A DNA stretch of 64,000 nt from Limnothrix sp. BL-A-16 (GCA_041937175.2 CP166615.1:2816001-2880000), one strand, 5' to 3'; counted from the stretch's first letter, positions 50,801 through 59,222 are shown. Translations and numbers: made by a program. Notes: generated by a model not told the origin, from the letters alone.

Positions 50801-53258
50801 GAAAATGGCCTTAGCTTTAATCGATCGGCTCAATACAAAAGCATATAAGTGCCTGGCCATTCTTTTCTTTTCTGCCTGTGTCCAGCATCAGAAAGAGTCA
50901 ATGACTGCCATGGCTGATCTGCTCAAGCAGGGATATTTAGCCGGAGTGGAAGCGGGTGATTTTTTGTATGTAGGCTATTGTCTAGCCCACTATTTTTACG
51001 CTCATTTCTATGCGGGGAAAGAACTAACTGCCCTCCAAACAGAAGTTAATCAATTTCGTTCTGCTATTGCTTCCCTCAAGCAAGATAGTGCCCTGGCATA
51101 CTTGCAAATGACGAATGAATTCTTTGATCGCTTGCTCGTAACACACCACCAACCCACTCTCTTGATTGGCGATAGTTACGACGAGACGAAGGTTTTTCCA
51201 CGGCATCTTCAAAATCAGCAATTGACAGATCTTGGAATTGCTTACGCCTACAAGCTGATCTTGGCCTACTTGTTTGGTGACCATAGCCTTGCTTTTGAAT
51301 ACCTCAATGAAGTTAAGAAATATTTAGATAACATCGTCGGGATGCTGCATATTCCCGCCATTCATTTCTATGGGGGATTAACGTATCTCGCGGTGGCTGC
51401 CGGTAAGCCTGAAGATGAGCAATTAGAACTACTTGCTTTGGCGGAACAGCACTACGCTAGCCTATCTGCTTGGGCAGACAATGCTCCAATGAATTACCAG
51501 CATAAGCTGGATCTCCTGGCAGCAGAAAAACATCGGTTTTTGGGCAATGTCTTGGAGGCTATTAACAGCTATGAGCAGGCCATTGCGGGTGCTAAAGCCA
51601 ATGGCTTCATGCAAGAAGAAGCTTTAGCCAACGAATTGGCAGCTAAATTCTATCTCGATTGGGGTAAGGAAAAAATCGCCGCCAGTTATATGCAGGAAGC
51701 CTACTATGGCTATGCTCGCTGGGGGGCAAAGGCCAAAGTTATTGATTTAGAGCAGCGCTACGCCCAATTACTGCAACCGATTCTGCAAGCGGCTAATCAA
51801 CCCTTCGCCCTTTTAGAAACCCTAGCGACGATCGCAAATCCTGCTGATTCACCACGCGCCACTCCGCATGGAAGTTCTAGCGGCAGCATTAACCAAATGC
51901 TTGATTTTACTGCCCTGCTACAGGTCTCTCAAAATCTGGTCAGCACGATCGCCCTGGATGAATTGCTACAAACCCTAGCTCAGACGATGTTGAAAAACTC
52001 GGGAGCCGATCGATGTGCCTTAATCCTTTGGGAGGACGATCGATGGCAAGTGAGAGTGATGGCCAATCCAGAGCAGGTGACACTTCAATCAACACCCTTA
52101 GACGATAATCCCAACATTCCGATCAGGCTCATTCAATATGTGAAGAACTTGGCGATGACGGTTGTGATCAATGACCTTGATACCGATTTGCCTGTAATTG
52201 GTGATTATCTAAACTGCTATCAGCCCAAGAGTGCCTTGTGTTTGCCGATTCTCAATCAGGGTAATCTGCGGGCTATTTTATACCTGGAAAATCGATCAAC
52301 TAGTGGTGTATTTACCAATGATCGCATCACTATTCTGAAGTTTCTTTGCAGCCAAGCCGCCATTTCCCTGGAAAATGCTCGGCTTTATCAACAAGCTCAA
52401 ACCTATGCTCAACAGTTGGAACAGTCCCAATTGCAAATGGTGCAGAGCGAGAAAATGGCTTCTCTCGGAAACCTAGTGGCGGGGGTGGCCCATGAAGTTA
52501 ACAACCCGATCGGCTTCCTCAATGGCAGCATTAACAATGGCAAGGATCACGTCAAAGACCTACTAGAACATTTGTCCCTGTATCAGCAGCATTATCCCAA
52601 TCCCGCTGTTCCAATTCAGGATCATGCTGAAGATATCGACTTGGAATATATTTGCGAAGATCTACCTCAGTTGCTCAAGTCAATGCAAGGGGCAACCGAT
52701 CGAATTAAATCGATTAGCACCAGTCTCCGCATTTTCTCTCGCGCCGATACGGAATATAAGGTGAGTGCAAATTTGCATGAGGGGATTGACAGCACGGTGC
52801 TGATTTTGAAATACCGACTCAAGGCAAATCCGTTTCGTCCGGCGATCGAGATCAAGACGCATTATGGACACATCCCGGAAGTGGAGTGTTTTCCCGGACA
52901 GATTAACCAGGTGTTTATGAATATCCTGGCCAATGCGATCGATGTGTTTGATGAAATGGTGCAAGGTCGATCGTTTAAGGAATTGGAAGCGCATCCCCAA
53001 ACTATTACGATCAGCACAACGGTTGTTGATGATCAAGTGCGGATTTCCATTCGGGATAATGGCAAGGGCATCAGCGAGGAGGTGCAAGCCAAAATTTTTG
53101 ACCATTTGTTCACCACGAAAGGTGTGGGTAAAGGTACGGGGTTAGGGCTAACGATCGCCCGCCAAATTGTCGAGAAAAAACATGGCGGCAGTTTGACAGT
53201 TCAGTCAGAATTGGGACAAGGAACTGAATTTTTGATTCAACTGCCGATTAAAGGCTAG
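47835..53258 (+). CDS. multidomain Ser/Thr kinase - AAA ATPase - helical repeats - GAF - histidine kinase
   Basis: IHKDVKPANI, DFS, YLAPEQTGRMNR; GFSGIGKT; IDDLQWAD; GNPFF; HDRVQQAAY; GAF (LYLEN, QAAISLENARLY); AHEVNNP; GKGTGLGL. Confidence 0.93.
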   Translation: MPALKTSSTNSSPEIPGYGIIEQIHHGSRTSVYRAVQHSNQQIVILKVLHSNYPTFGELIQFQNQYTITQNLDVSGIVKPLGLKPIGNSYTLVMEDCGSISLQQYCRQQQLKLIDVLTIALKMTTILQELHQQRVIHKDVKPANILIHPQSKEIKLIDFSIASLLPKETQEIQNPNVLEGTLAYLAPEQTGRMNRGIDYRADFYALGVTLYQLLSGQLPFESDDPMELVHCHIAKVPVPVEQINPAIPKTVGAIVAKLMAKNAEDRYQSALGLKHDLQQCLTQWQETGAVTDFELGQRDLSDRFLIPEKLYGRETEVQALLNAFDRVSQGTSELMLVAGFSGIGKTAVVNEVHKPITQQKGYFIKGKFDQFNRNIPLLAFVQALRDLMGQLLSESDAQLAQWKIKILEAVGNNGQVLIDLIPELEQIIGLQPPAPELSGEAAQNRFNRLFQNFIRVFAKPEHPLVIFIDDLQWADSTSLSVMQNLLTEACSHAQCLLVLGAYRDNEVLPGHPFLITVKALESAHIPLETLILGPLSEESLNQLIADTFRATSSKVQPLTHLVMQKTQGNPFFATQFLKALHQDHLITFDREAGHWQCDLVQVQDAALTDDVVEFMALQLQKLPIATQEQLKFAACVGARFDLKTLAIVSEQSEIQAASALWSALQEGLILPEGKIYKFYADRDSSQVDQSWGEEISGQIQYRFFHDRVQQAAYSLIPEDQKQVTHLKMGQLLQSRLSAAEREEKLFDIVGHLNLGHRLLSQQHERESLIRLNLAAIEKAKKATAYGVAQDLVTIGLELLSEEPWQNQYELSLKLHQMAADVACLKTDFEEAITQVQQVLDQAQTVLDKVPVYMVKIRVLTAQDRLAETLAVAAQAITQLGVEFPSEITSNISAQAVQRAEIELEGKVIENLINLPVMDDPTIIAAMELLGMIMPAVFLANPTLLPFVCAKIVSLSLQFGNAPVSSVGYATYGLVLATGLGQVDRGYRLGKMALALIDRLNTKAYKCLAILFFSACVQHQKESMTAMADLLKQGYLAGVEAGDFLYVGYCLAHYFYAHFYAGKELTALQTEVNQFRSAIASLKQDSALAYLQMTNEFFDRLLVTHHQPTLLIGDSYDETKVFPRHLQNQQLTDLGIAYAYKLILAYLFGDHSLAFEYLNEVKKYLDNIVGMLHIPAIHFYGGLTYLAVAAGKPEDEQLELLALAEQHYASLSAWADNAPMNYQHKLDLLAAEKHRFLGNVLEAINSYEQAIAGAKANGFMQEEALANELAAKFYLDWGKEKIAASYMQEAYYGYARWGAKAKVIDLEQRYAQLLQPILQAANQPFALLETLATIANPADSPRATPHGSSSGSINQMLDFTALLQVSQNLVSTIALDELLQTLAQTMLKNSGADRCALILWEDDRWQVRVMANPEQVTLQSTPLDDNPNIPIRLIQYVKNLAMTVVINDLDTDLPVIGDYLNCYQPKSALCLPILNQGNLRAILYLENRSTSGVFTNDRITILKFLCSQAAISLENARLYQQAQTYAQQLEQSQLQMVQSEKMASLGNLVAGVAHEVNNPIGFLNGSINNGKDHVKDLLEHLSLYQQHYPNPAVPIQDHAEDIDLEYICEDLPQLLKSMQGATDRIKSISTSLRIFSRADTEYKVSANLHEGIDSTVLILKYRLKANPFRPAIEIKTHYGHIPEVECFPGQINQVFMNILANAIDVFDEMVQGRSFKELEAHPQTITISTTVVDDQVRISIRDNGKGISEEVQAKIFDHLFTTKGVGKGTGLGLTIARQIVEKKHGGSLTVQSELGQGTEFLIQLPIKG

Positions 53259-53259
53259 A

Positions 53260-53502
53260 TCAGGCTGCGAAACATTGCTCAACGGCAATCATTCGATCGG
53301 GAAAGGCGATCGGGGCGATCGTTTTGCCAGGTTGCAGGATCAGCTGATCGCCATAACCGTCTGCACTAGGCGATCGATAAATTTCCAAATGACGTTGCTC
53401 CAAGTCCACTAACCAATAGTCGGCGATTGCCTCGCGGGCATAGAGTGCGCCTTTGACCTGGCGATCGTAGCGAAACGTCTTGTTTGGTACTTCGATCAAC
53501 AA
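53260..53502 (-). pseudogene. Uma2 (DUF820) family endonuclease, 5'-truncated fragment
   Basis: LIEVPNKTFRYDRQVKGALYAREAIADYWLVDL matches the C-terminal half of Uma2 proteins; the N-terminal half is absent and sequence turns AT-rich at about 53501. Confidence 0.75.
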
Positions 53503-53521
53503 ATTTTATCGTTCCCACATT
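53501..53521 (+). repeat. 21-bp direct repeat, left copy
   Basis: AAATTTTATCGTTCCCACATT, 19/21 identical to 54791-54811. Confidence 0.75.
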
Positions 53522-53588
53522 CAACATCAGAATGATGGAAAGTACTATCATTCATGATAATGTAAACAATCAATAATTATCCACGACC

Positions 53589-54716
53589 ATGTTTCAGTTC
53601 GGTATTGAGCATGAGGTCGCGTTGATTAATCCCGAAGGTCAACTGGCGGATTTCTCGCGAGCAAAATTTTCTGAACTAGCTCAAATTATTGAACGCCTGC
53701 CCTCATATGAAAATGATAGTAATCAGCTTCATATTGGAGATGCTGGAATCCGACAGAAGCGATGGTATCTTGAAGGAATGGAGAGATTTTCCAATACAGG
53801 AAAATTGATCGACTTTGTTCCAAAGGGAATCGAAATTAGAACAACAATCCATTCTGACATTCCAAGTGTAATTTCTGAATTAAAAACAAGCTTTCATTTA
53901 TTGCGTAAAGTATCCTTGGAGTTGGGTTTTTCTCCAGTTCTGGTGACATTTAATCCGAATTTGACTATTTTTGATCCCGAGCCTCCTTTTAATGAATATG
54001 AAACAAAATGGCTAGAAGCATTTCCTGAAGAACAAACAGATCATATTGCAATGCTCTCATATGGGCCAGATCTGAACCTGTCGTTAATAGGAATGTCGCC
54101 TGAGGAAATTATTGATACTGGTCAAAAACTGATTTACTACAGTCCTTATATTATCCCCTTTAGCTATAGCTCTCCTTTTTTTAGCGGTTCTCTATGGGAT
54201 GGTTTGTCAATTCGGACATTTATACGAACGGGATTAAGGTCAACGGTTAGGGTTTTTCTAGAGAAGCCTGAACAACAGATTTCTAGTCAGCCAATTTTGA
54301 CAAAGGTAGCGCGTTTGCCAGCGGAAGTGGGTCGCATTGAATTTAAGGCGTTTGATAGTTGTGATGACTTTGCGATATACGCGAGTTTATTAGCCCTGTT
54401 AAAGGGGATTGTGCTGGATAAGTCGTTACTGGGCCGATCGATCCTGCCTGATGTGGCGCTACACCAAACTTCTGCGCGATTTGGATTTGACCATGCGGTG
54501 ATTTTTGACAATGCCAATCAGGTATTGCAAGCGGCTCAATCTGCGTTGAATGACAATGCGGATCCGGATTCGGAGCTTTTGACACCACTGTTCACAAGCC
54601 TGGAGCAGCGAAAAACACGATCACACGAGCTGATTGAATCATTTCATCGGCTCGGCTCGATCGAGAAAGTCCTACAAGATACTTACCAATTGCCGGGGCT
54701 GGACTTCATGGCTTAG
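53589..54716 (+). CDS. glutamate--cysteine ligase (GCS2)-like carboxylate-amine ligase
   Basis: N-terminal FGIEHEV, GIEIRT, SSPF, GRIEFKAFD, resembling the GxExE / E / SSPF / ExR-D pattern of the GCS2/YbdK family. Confidence 0.7.
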   Translation: MFQFGIEHEVALINPEGQLADFSRAKFSELAQIIERLPSYENDSNQLHIGDAGIRQKRWYLEGMERFSNTGKLIDFVPKGIEIRTTIHSDIPSVISELKTSFHLLRKVSLELGFSPVLVTFNPNLTIFDPEPPFNEYETKWLEAFPEEQTDHIAMLSYGPDLNLSLIGMSPEEIIDTGQKLIYYSPYIIPFSYSSPFFSGSLWDGLSIRTFIRTGLRSTVRVFLEKPEQQISSQPILTKVARLPAEVGRIEFKAFDSCDDFAIYASLLALLKGIVLDKSLLGRSILPDVALHQTSARFGFDHAVIFDNANQVLQAAQSALNDNADPDSELLTPLFTSLEQRKTRSHELIESFHRLGSIEKVLQDTYQLPGLDFMA

Positions 54717-54790
54717 GAATGTGTAGCGACTGTCGCTTGCTTGGAGAACCGGAGCCTAGGGATGCCTGTGATGCAATCCTTTTTAAGGAT

Positions 54791-54811
54791 AAATTTTATT
54801 GTTCCCACGTT
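54791..54811 (+). repeat. 21-bp direct repeat, right copy
   Basis: AAATTTTATTGTTCCCACGTT. Confidence 0.75.
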
Positions 54812-54813
54812 TA

Positions 54814-54926
54814 TTGTTCCTACGTTCAATGTGGGAATGGATTCCTAGATGCTCTGCGTCGTGCCCCCGCGATTTAGAAGGACGCAGAGCTTCAAAAAAA
54901 CATTCCCATGATCTGCGTGGGAATGA
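54814..54926. repeat. REP doublet (REPIN-like long hairpin)
   Basis: TTGTTCCTACGTTCAATGTGGGAATG ... GATGCTCTGCGTC / GACGCAGAGCTTC ... CATTCCCATGATCTGCGTGGGAATGA: two inverted short palindromes around an inner inverted repeat. Confidence 0.65.
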
Positions 54927-55069
54927 TGAGATGAATTATCCAGCTTTTGATGTGATTGATTTATGGAATTTGGGTAGTGCCGTAATTCAGTAATGATGAG
55001 CTAGTGAAAGCCTTGCAGTGTAAGCGATCAGTGACTGAAAATCATCACCTCACAGGCACTACCGGCTTG

Positions 55070-56581
55070 TTAATTACTCTCAGGCAAGTTTTCACACTGA
55101 TCATCGCGCCATTTTAGCCAAAACCTTAATATATCGACGTAACTAATAACACCACGTAGTTTCAACTTGCTATCTTTTTTGTCACAAACCAAGAAAGAAG
55201 ATGCTGGAGAGTTTCCGTAAAATGGCTTCCAGAAGCTGTCTAAAATATCGGCAACTTTATCGTCTGGCTTTGGGATACAGGGCAGATGTTCAACTTTTGT
55301 CATCATTTCACTGACACTAATTTCACCCAGTTCAGGAAACTCAGGGTGAACGTATTTTTTGATTTTAATGTCTTCTAGAAAGCCAACAACATCACTTTTT
55401 TCAATATCAGTTTCACCACTTTCTAGTACTGGAAAGGAGCGACGCTTAGTCACATCTGAAGCCATCTTGGCAAGACTTAAATCCATTGCATTATTAAGAC
55501 AATCGATTTTTGCAGATCCCATGAGAGCAACTTGATGGACTTTTAAGTCATGCAAGAAATCTTCTTGTCCTTTAATAAACTTCCTTAGAATATCAGTGTA
55601 GGAGACAAAACCCTTTAGCTGTTTATTTTTATCGAGCACAAGCACACCACTAACATATGTCAATCGTCCTGCGCCAATTCTTTGTTTTTCACACAATATA
55701 CCAATAGCCTCCTCGATCATTGATTCTGGGCTGAGATAAACCAACGTACCTGTTCCAAGATGAGGGAAGACACTAGAAATTTTCTCCATGCCTTTACTCA
55801 GTAAGATACGGTTAAGCTTGGTTCGATCAAGATTGATTAGTGAATTTTGGAGCTGATCTAGATCGTCATTACTGGGAGGTAGCTGATCAGCAATGTCGCG
55901 ACGACTTGCAATTCCTAAACATTCATCACCCTCAGGTGCAAGGATTGGAATGTGACGAACGCCTTTAACCATCATTCTGTAGTAGAGATCACTGAAATTC
56001 TGATTGCTGCGGACAGTGACAAGATCCTTGGCAGAAGTCATCAGATCTTTGATTGTATCCTTGGCGCTTGTACAGACCATATCCACTGACTCCTTGAGGA
56101 AACTAGTAATTGTGATGAGACTTTCTTCACTGAAAATGGATATGTCTATCATATTAACGGACACATCTGCTCTTGCCAACTCAATTGACTGAACAAGGGC
56201 ATTTAAAACTTCATCACTATTTCGCTCGACATCATAAATCAGAAGAAGCGAGCTCATTTTTGAAAAAGATAGTGCCTTTAAAATTTCCTCATCAAAGGAC
56301 TTATCTAGAGAAAGGCAGCCATAATCATTTGGTAAGAAAGATACATATGCTTTGGGTTGAGTTAAAAATTCAGTATTTAAAAAAACAGATTTGCTGGTAA
56401 GCAAAACTTGTTGTTCTAGGTCACAGAAAGATTTTTCAATAATCTTTGCCCAAAAACTTTCATTTTCTCCATAACTGATGCATACGTCTATTGGAGAAGA
56501 TTGTATATTTAAACTCAAGTCGGAATCTAAGCTTGAAAGTTCTGATGCTGAGTTGGTCAACTTCTTGAAGATTTCAAACAT
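55070..56581 (-). CDS. N-terminal TIR-like domain fused to four CBS domains
   Basis: DVCISYGENESFWAKII ... DEEILKALSFS ... NSDEVLNAL (TIR-like); CBS motifs RHIPI..LGIASRRDI, GVLVLD..KGFVSYTDIL, RSFPVL..VGFLEDIKI, SFLVCD..RGVISYVDIL. ATG 56581 has AGGA upstream. Confidence 0.75.
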   Translation of the reverse strand: MFEIFKKLTNSASELSSLDSDLSLNIQSSPIDVCISYGENESFWAKIIEKSFCDLEQQVLLTSKSVFLNTEFLTQPKAYVSFLPNDYGCLSLDKSFDEEILKALSFSKMSSLLLIYDVERNSDEVLNALVQSIELARADVSVNMIDISIFSEESLITITSFLKESVDMVCTSAKDTIKDLMTSAKDLVTVRSNQNFSDLYYRMMVKGVRHIPILAPEGDECLGIASRRDIADQLPPSNDDLDQLQNSLINLDRTKLNRILLSKGMEKISSVFPHLGTGTLVYLSPESMIEEAIGILCEKQRIGAGRLTYVSGVLVLDKNKQLKGFVSYTDILRKFIKGQEDFLHDLKVHQVALMGSAKIDCLNNAMDLSLAKMASDVTKRRSFPVLESGETDIEKSDVVGFLEDIKIKKYVHPEFPELGEISVSEMMTKVEHLPCIPKPDDKVADILDSFWKPFYGNSPASSFLVCDKKDSKLKLRGVISYVDILRFWLKWRDDQCENLPESN

Positions 56582-56586
56582 AAATA

Positions 56587-57687
56587 TCAATCCTGTCCTT
56601 GAATTTCATAAATCTCTCGAAGGCAATCCGAAGTAAACTTGTATGTGAACTTCTCAAAATCTTGCTTGAGCTGTGTAGGGAGAGCATTTGAAAAACACTC
56701 ATTTTGCGTCTCAAGTCCCAGGAGCATTAAAACGAAATGCTCAGGGGTAAGACGATCACTGTAATCATACTCTTCTTTGCAAAAAAACTTAAGCATTCGA
56801 GCTTTCATTTCACACTTTACAAATAATTTGCGAAATTCATGCTCTTCAATGTATGGAGAGTCTGGGGAGATTTTCTTGACTTTCCGGATAATTTCCTCAG
56901 TCTTTGACTCATCAATTTTAAACTGAAGTCTGTGCTTAATCGATTTCAAAAAACTTCGCAATATTTCATAAGTTGATTGCTCGCCGTCATTCGATCTCTC
57001 TGGCTTTTTGAGAACATCTGATTGGACACTTTCGTAGAATTTGCCTAAGTCTTCTAGTGATCGTGAAGCCAGAATTGTTTTCGCAATATCCACGTTTTTT
57101 GAAATCGAATCTTTCAAAAAGCCAAAAATATACTCAGCCGGAATTCCTGATGCACCCTCTGACTGTTTACGATCATAGGTTTCATTAACGATTCCGCAAA
57201 CCTTGCCGGTCTTTGGATTCCAAAGTGGGCTACCGCTCCAGCCAGGCTTTATGGGTATATCAGTATTGAGCGATAGCCTCCTAGTACCATCGTCACGCTT
57301 GGTCTCTCCCGTAAATTTAAAGTTTGTTGGACGTTGTTCTTCTTCAAACCCTTCTGGCCATCCCCATCCTGTTAGATCATCATTCTTTGCAATAGATGTA
57401 GAAAGATATATGGAAGGATGTGAACCAATGTCAGTTATACCTAACAATGCCACGTCTAATTCATTGTCTATGTCGTAGAGAATTGCACTTTTTTTATCTT
57501 TCTCGAATGAAACCTGAATATCATTACATCCAATGAAATCACTGTCGTCCTGAGCATCCGAGTCAACTACTACGTGAGCGCAAGTCAACATAAGAGTCGG
57601 GGCAATGAAAAAAGCAACTCCGCGCTTTGGTGAGTCAACTCTTACGATGCAGCTATCGACATCTTCCTGTGTTAAATGCTTTCCCAT
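56587..57687 (-). CDS. trypsin-like serine protease (Trypsin_2) with helical C-terminal extension
   Basis: GVAFFIAP, LTCAHVV (His), LDVALL (Asp), PGWSGSPLW (Ser), VCGIV; catalytic triad intact. Confidence 0.88.
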   Translation of the reverse strand: MGKHLTQEDVDSCIVRVDSPKRGVAFFIAPTLMLTCAHVVVDSDAQDDSDFIGCNDIQVSFEKDKKSAILYDIDNELDVALLGITDIGSHPSIYLSTSIAKNDDLTGWGWPEGFEEEQRPTNFKFTGETKRDDGTRRLSLNTDIPIKPGWSGSPLWNPKTGKVCGIVNETYDRKQSEGASGIPAEYIFGFLKDSISKNVDIAKTILASRSLEDLGKFYESVQSDVLKKPERSNDGEQSTYEILRSFLKSIKHRLQFKIDESKTEEIIRKVKKISPDSPYIEEHEFRKLFVKCEMKARMLKFFCKEEYDYSDRLTPEHFVLMLLGLETQNECFSNALPTQLKQDFEKFTYKFTSDCLREIYEIQGQD

Positions 57688-57700
57688 AGTTTTGATAGGC

Positions 57701-58021
57701 TCAATCTTGCTTTGGCTTGGCTGATTCCCATTCCAAGTTTACTTTTATATTTGCTTTGGCCGCACCCTTTACTAAGACAGCAGTCAACTTGCCGGATTCA
57801 ACTGCCAGCTCAAAGCCAAACTCCAGAGAGGCTTTAGATGCTTGTGCCTTACGAACCACATCTCGCAGGGCCACTAGCGTTTGTTCAATCGTGGCAGAAG
57901 CGTCTTTGAAATCAAAAGTAGAAGATGAAACTTTTTGCCGGCCACGCTTAAAAGTTGTTTCAACTTTCAAAGTGGAGTCATCAGGAAGACGAACTGTAAT
58001 GATTTCTGTATCTTCGCTCAT
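57701..58021 (-). CDS. trypsin co-occurring domain protein (Trypco1 / CU044_2847-like)
   Basis: 106 aa; C-terminal LEFGFELAVESGKLTAVLVKGAAKANIKVNLEW pattern; lies 13 nt upstream of a trypsin gene. Confidence 0.82.
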   Translation of the reverse strand: MSEDTEIITVRLPDDSTLKVETTFKRGRQKVSSSTFDFKDASATIEQTLVALRDVVRKAQASKASLEFGFELAVESGKLTAVLVKGAAKANIKVNLEWESAKPKQD

Positions 58022-58179
58022 TGAATTGAACAGCTTACTTCAGTTCAAGCTAGCACTTGAACAAGTGAACGTCAATAAGTCTTGAACTTAACCATTTAAG
58101 GCTGGTGACTGTGATCTGAATCACAAAGAATCTGAGTTTGTGATTAAATTTGCACTGCAACGTAGCTGGATTTATTTCG

Positions 58180-58767
58180 ATGCGATCGCTCTGTTTACAA
58201 CTGCTGAATCATGACCATCTCGATCAATTGGTAGCGATCGACCAGCTCGCCCTGGGCGGCCTGTGGAGCGCCGATACCTATGCCCGCGAACTCGACAGCC
58301 CCAATAGTGATTTGCTCGGGGCGATCGATCCGCAAGGACAACTGATCGGATTTGGTTGTGCTTGGGCCATTGTTGACGAGTGCCACATCACGGCGATCGC
58401 CCTGCGACCGGAATTTCAGCGTCAGGGCTTGGGCCAAACCCTGTTGTGGGGCCTGTTGAGCCTGGCGCGGCAACGGGAAATGAAGCGGGCCACCCTGGAA
58501 GTGCGGCCGAGCAACCAAGCGGCCCTGTCGCTCTACGAAAAATTTGGCTTCCAAGAGGCCGGCCGTCGCAAACGCTACTACGCCGATGGCGAAGATGCGG
58601 CGATCCTGTGGTTAGGCAAGTTGGATTGGCCCCAGTTTGCTCAACAGCTCGATCGCACCGCTGCTGACCTGAGCGATCGACTGGCGCAACATCAATGGCA
58701 GTGGTGGGGAGAGATTGTGCCCCCAGCCGCCGGGGTCGGCAGCCCCCCAAGCCATGCGCTAGATTAA
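58180..58767 (+). CDS. rimI: ribosomal-protein-alanine N-acetyltransferase
   Basis: DECHITAIA, QRQGLG, ATLEVRPSNQAALSLYEKFGF, GRRKRYY.DGEDA; upstream of clpC. Confidence 0.9.
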   Translation: MRSLCLQLLNHDHLDQLVAIDQLALGGLWSADTYARELDSPNSDLLGAIDPQGQLIGFGCAWAIVDECHITAIALRPEFQRQGLGQTLLWGLLSLARQREMKRATLEVRPSNQAALSLYEKFGFQEAGRRKRYYADGEDAAILWLGKLDWPQFAQQLDRTAADLSDRLAQHQWQWWGEIVPPAAGVGSPPSHALD

Positions 58768-59222
58768 AAACCTATCTTTCAATCCTGCCCACCAGGTTCA
58801 CCCAATTTTTGGGATTCACCCCAGTCCGCTGGCTCAATGGGGGTCTGCCAAATTCTGGCTAGCGCTTGAGCTGACCCATGTTTCACGCCCGATCGGGCCG
58901 TTTTGCCGCTGGCCCTTGCCATCAGCAATCCCAAGACCCGATTTTCAACCCAAACGTTCTTTAAAAATCCTCAAAGCATTCATCCATCCATCCCCCAGGA
59001 TCGCCCAAAAGGCTTGATCCCCCCTTACCCCATCAGGGGACAAAATCCCCCGAAAGCTAATGGCAATTTCTCGAGTTCTTGAGCTTGCCAAGGTGAAGGC
59101 GATCGAGTTGGGGAAACCGCCCGATCGCCCCCCAATTGCCGGCCAGGTCAGCCCCAAACTGCCCAAACCGCGCGTGTTAAAATCAGATTTGCCAGCACTT
59201 CGCAGGTGATAGGGAACCGCCA

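Noticed and set aside
47835..53258. Ser/Thr kinase-ATPase-GAF-His kinase as a STAND-type defence sensor of the protease operon
   Set aside because: A common, expanded signalling family in filamentous cyanobacteria; it carries HIP1 sites, lies outside the island and is not co-oriented with the operon.
54799..54993. 64-aa ORF between the ligase and CBS genes
   Set aside because: Coincides with the REP doublet; no RBS or protein-like features.
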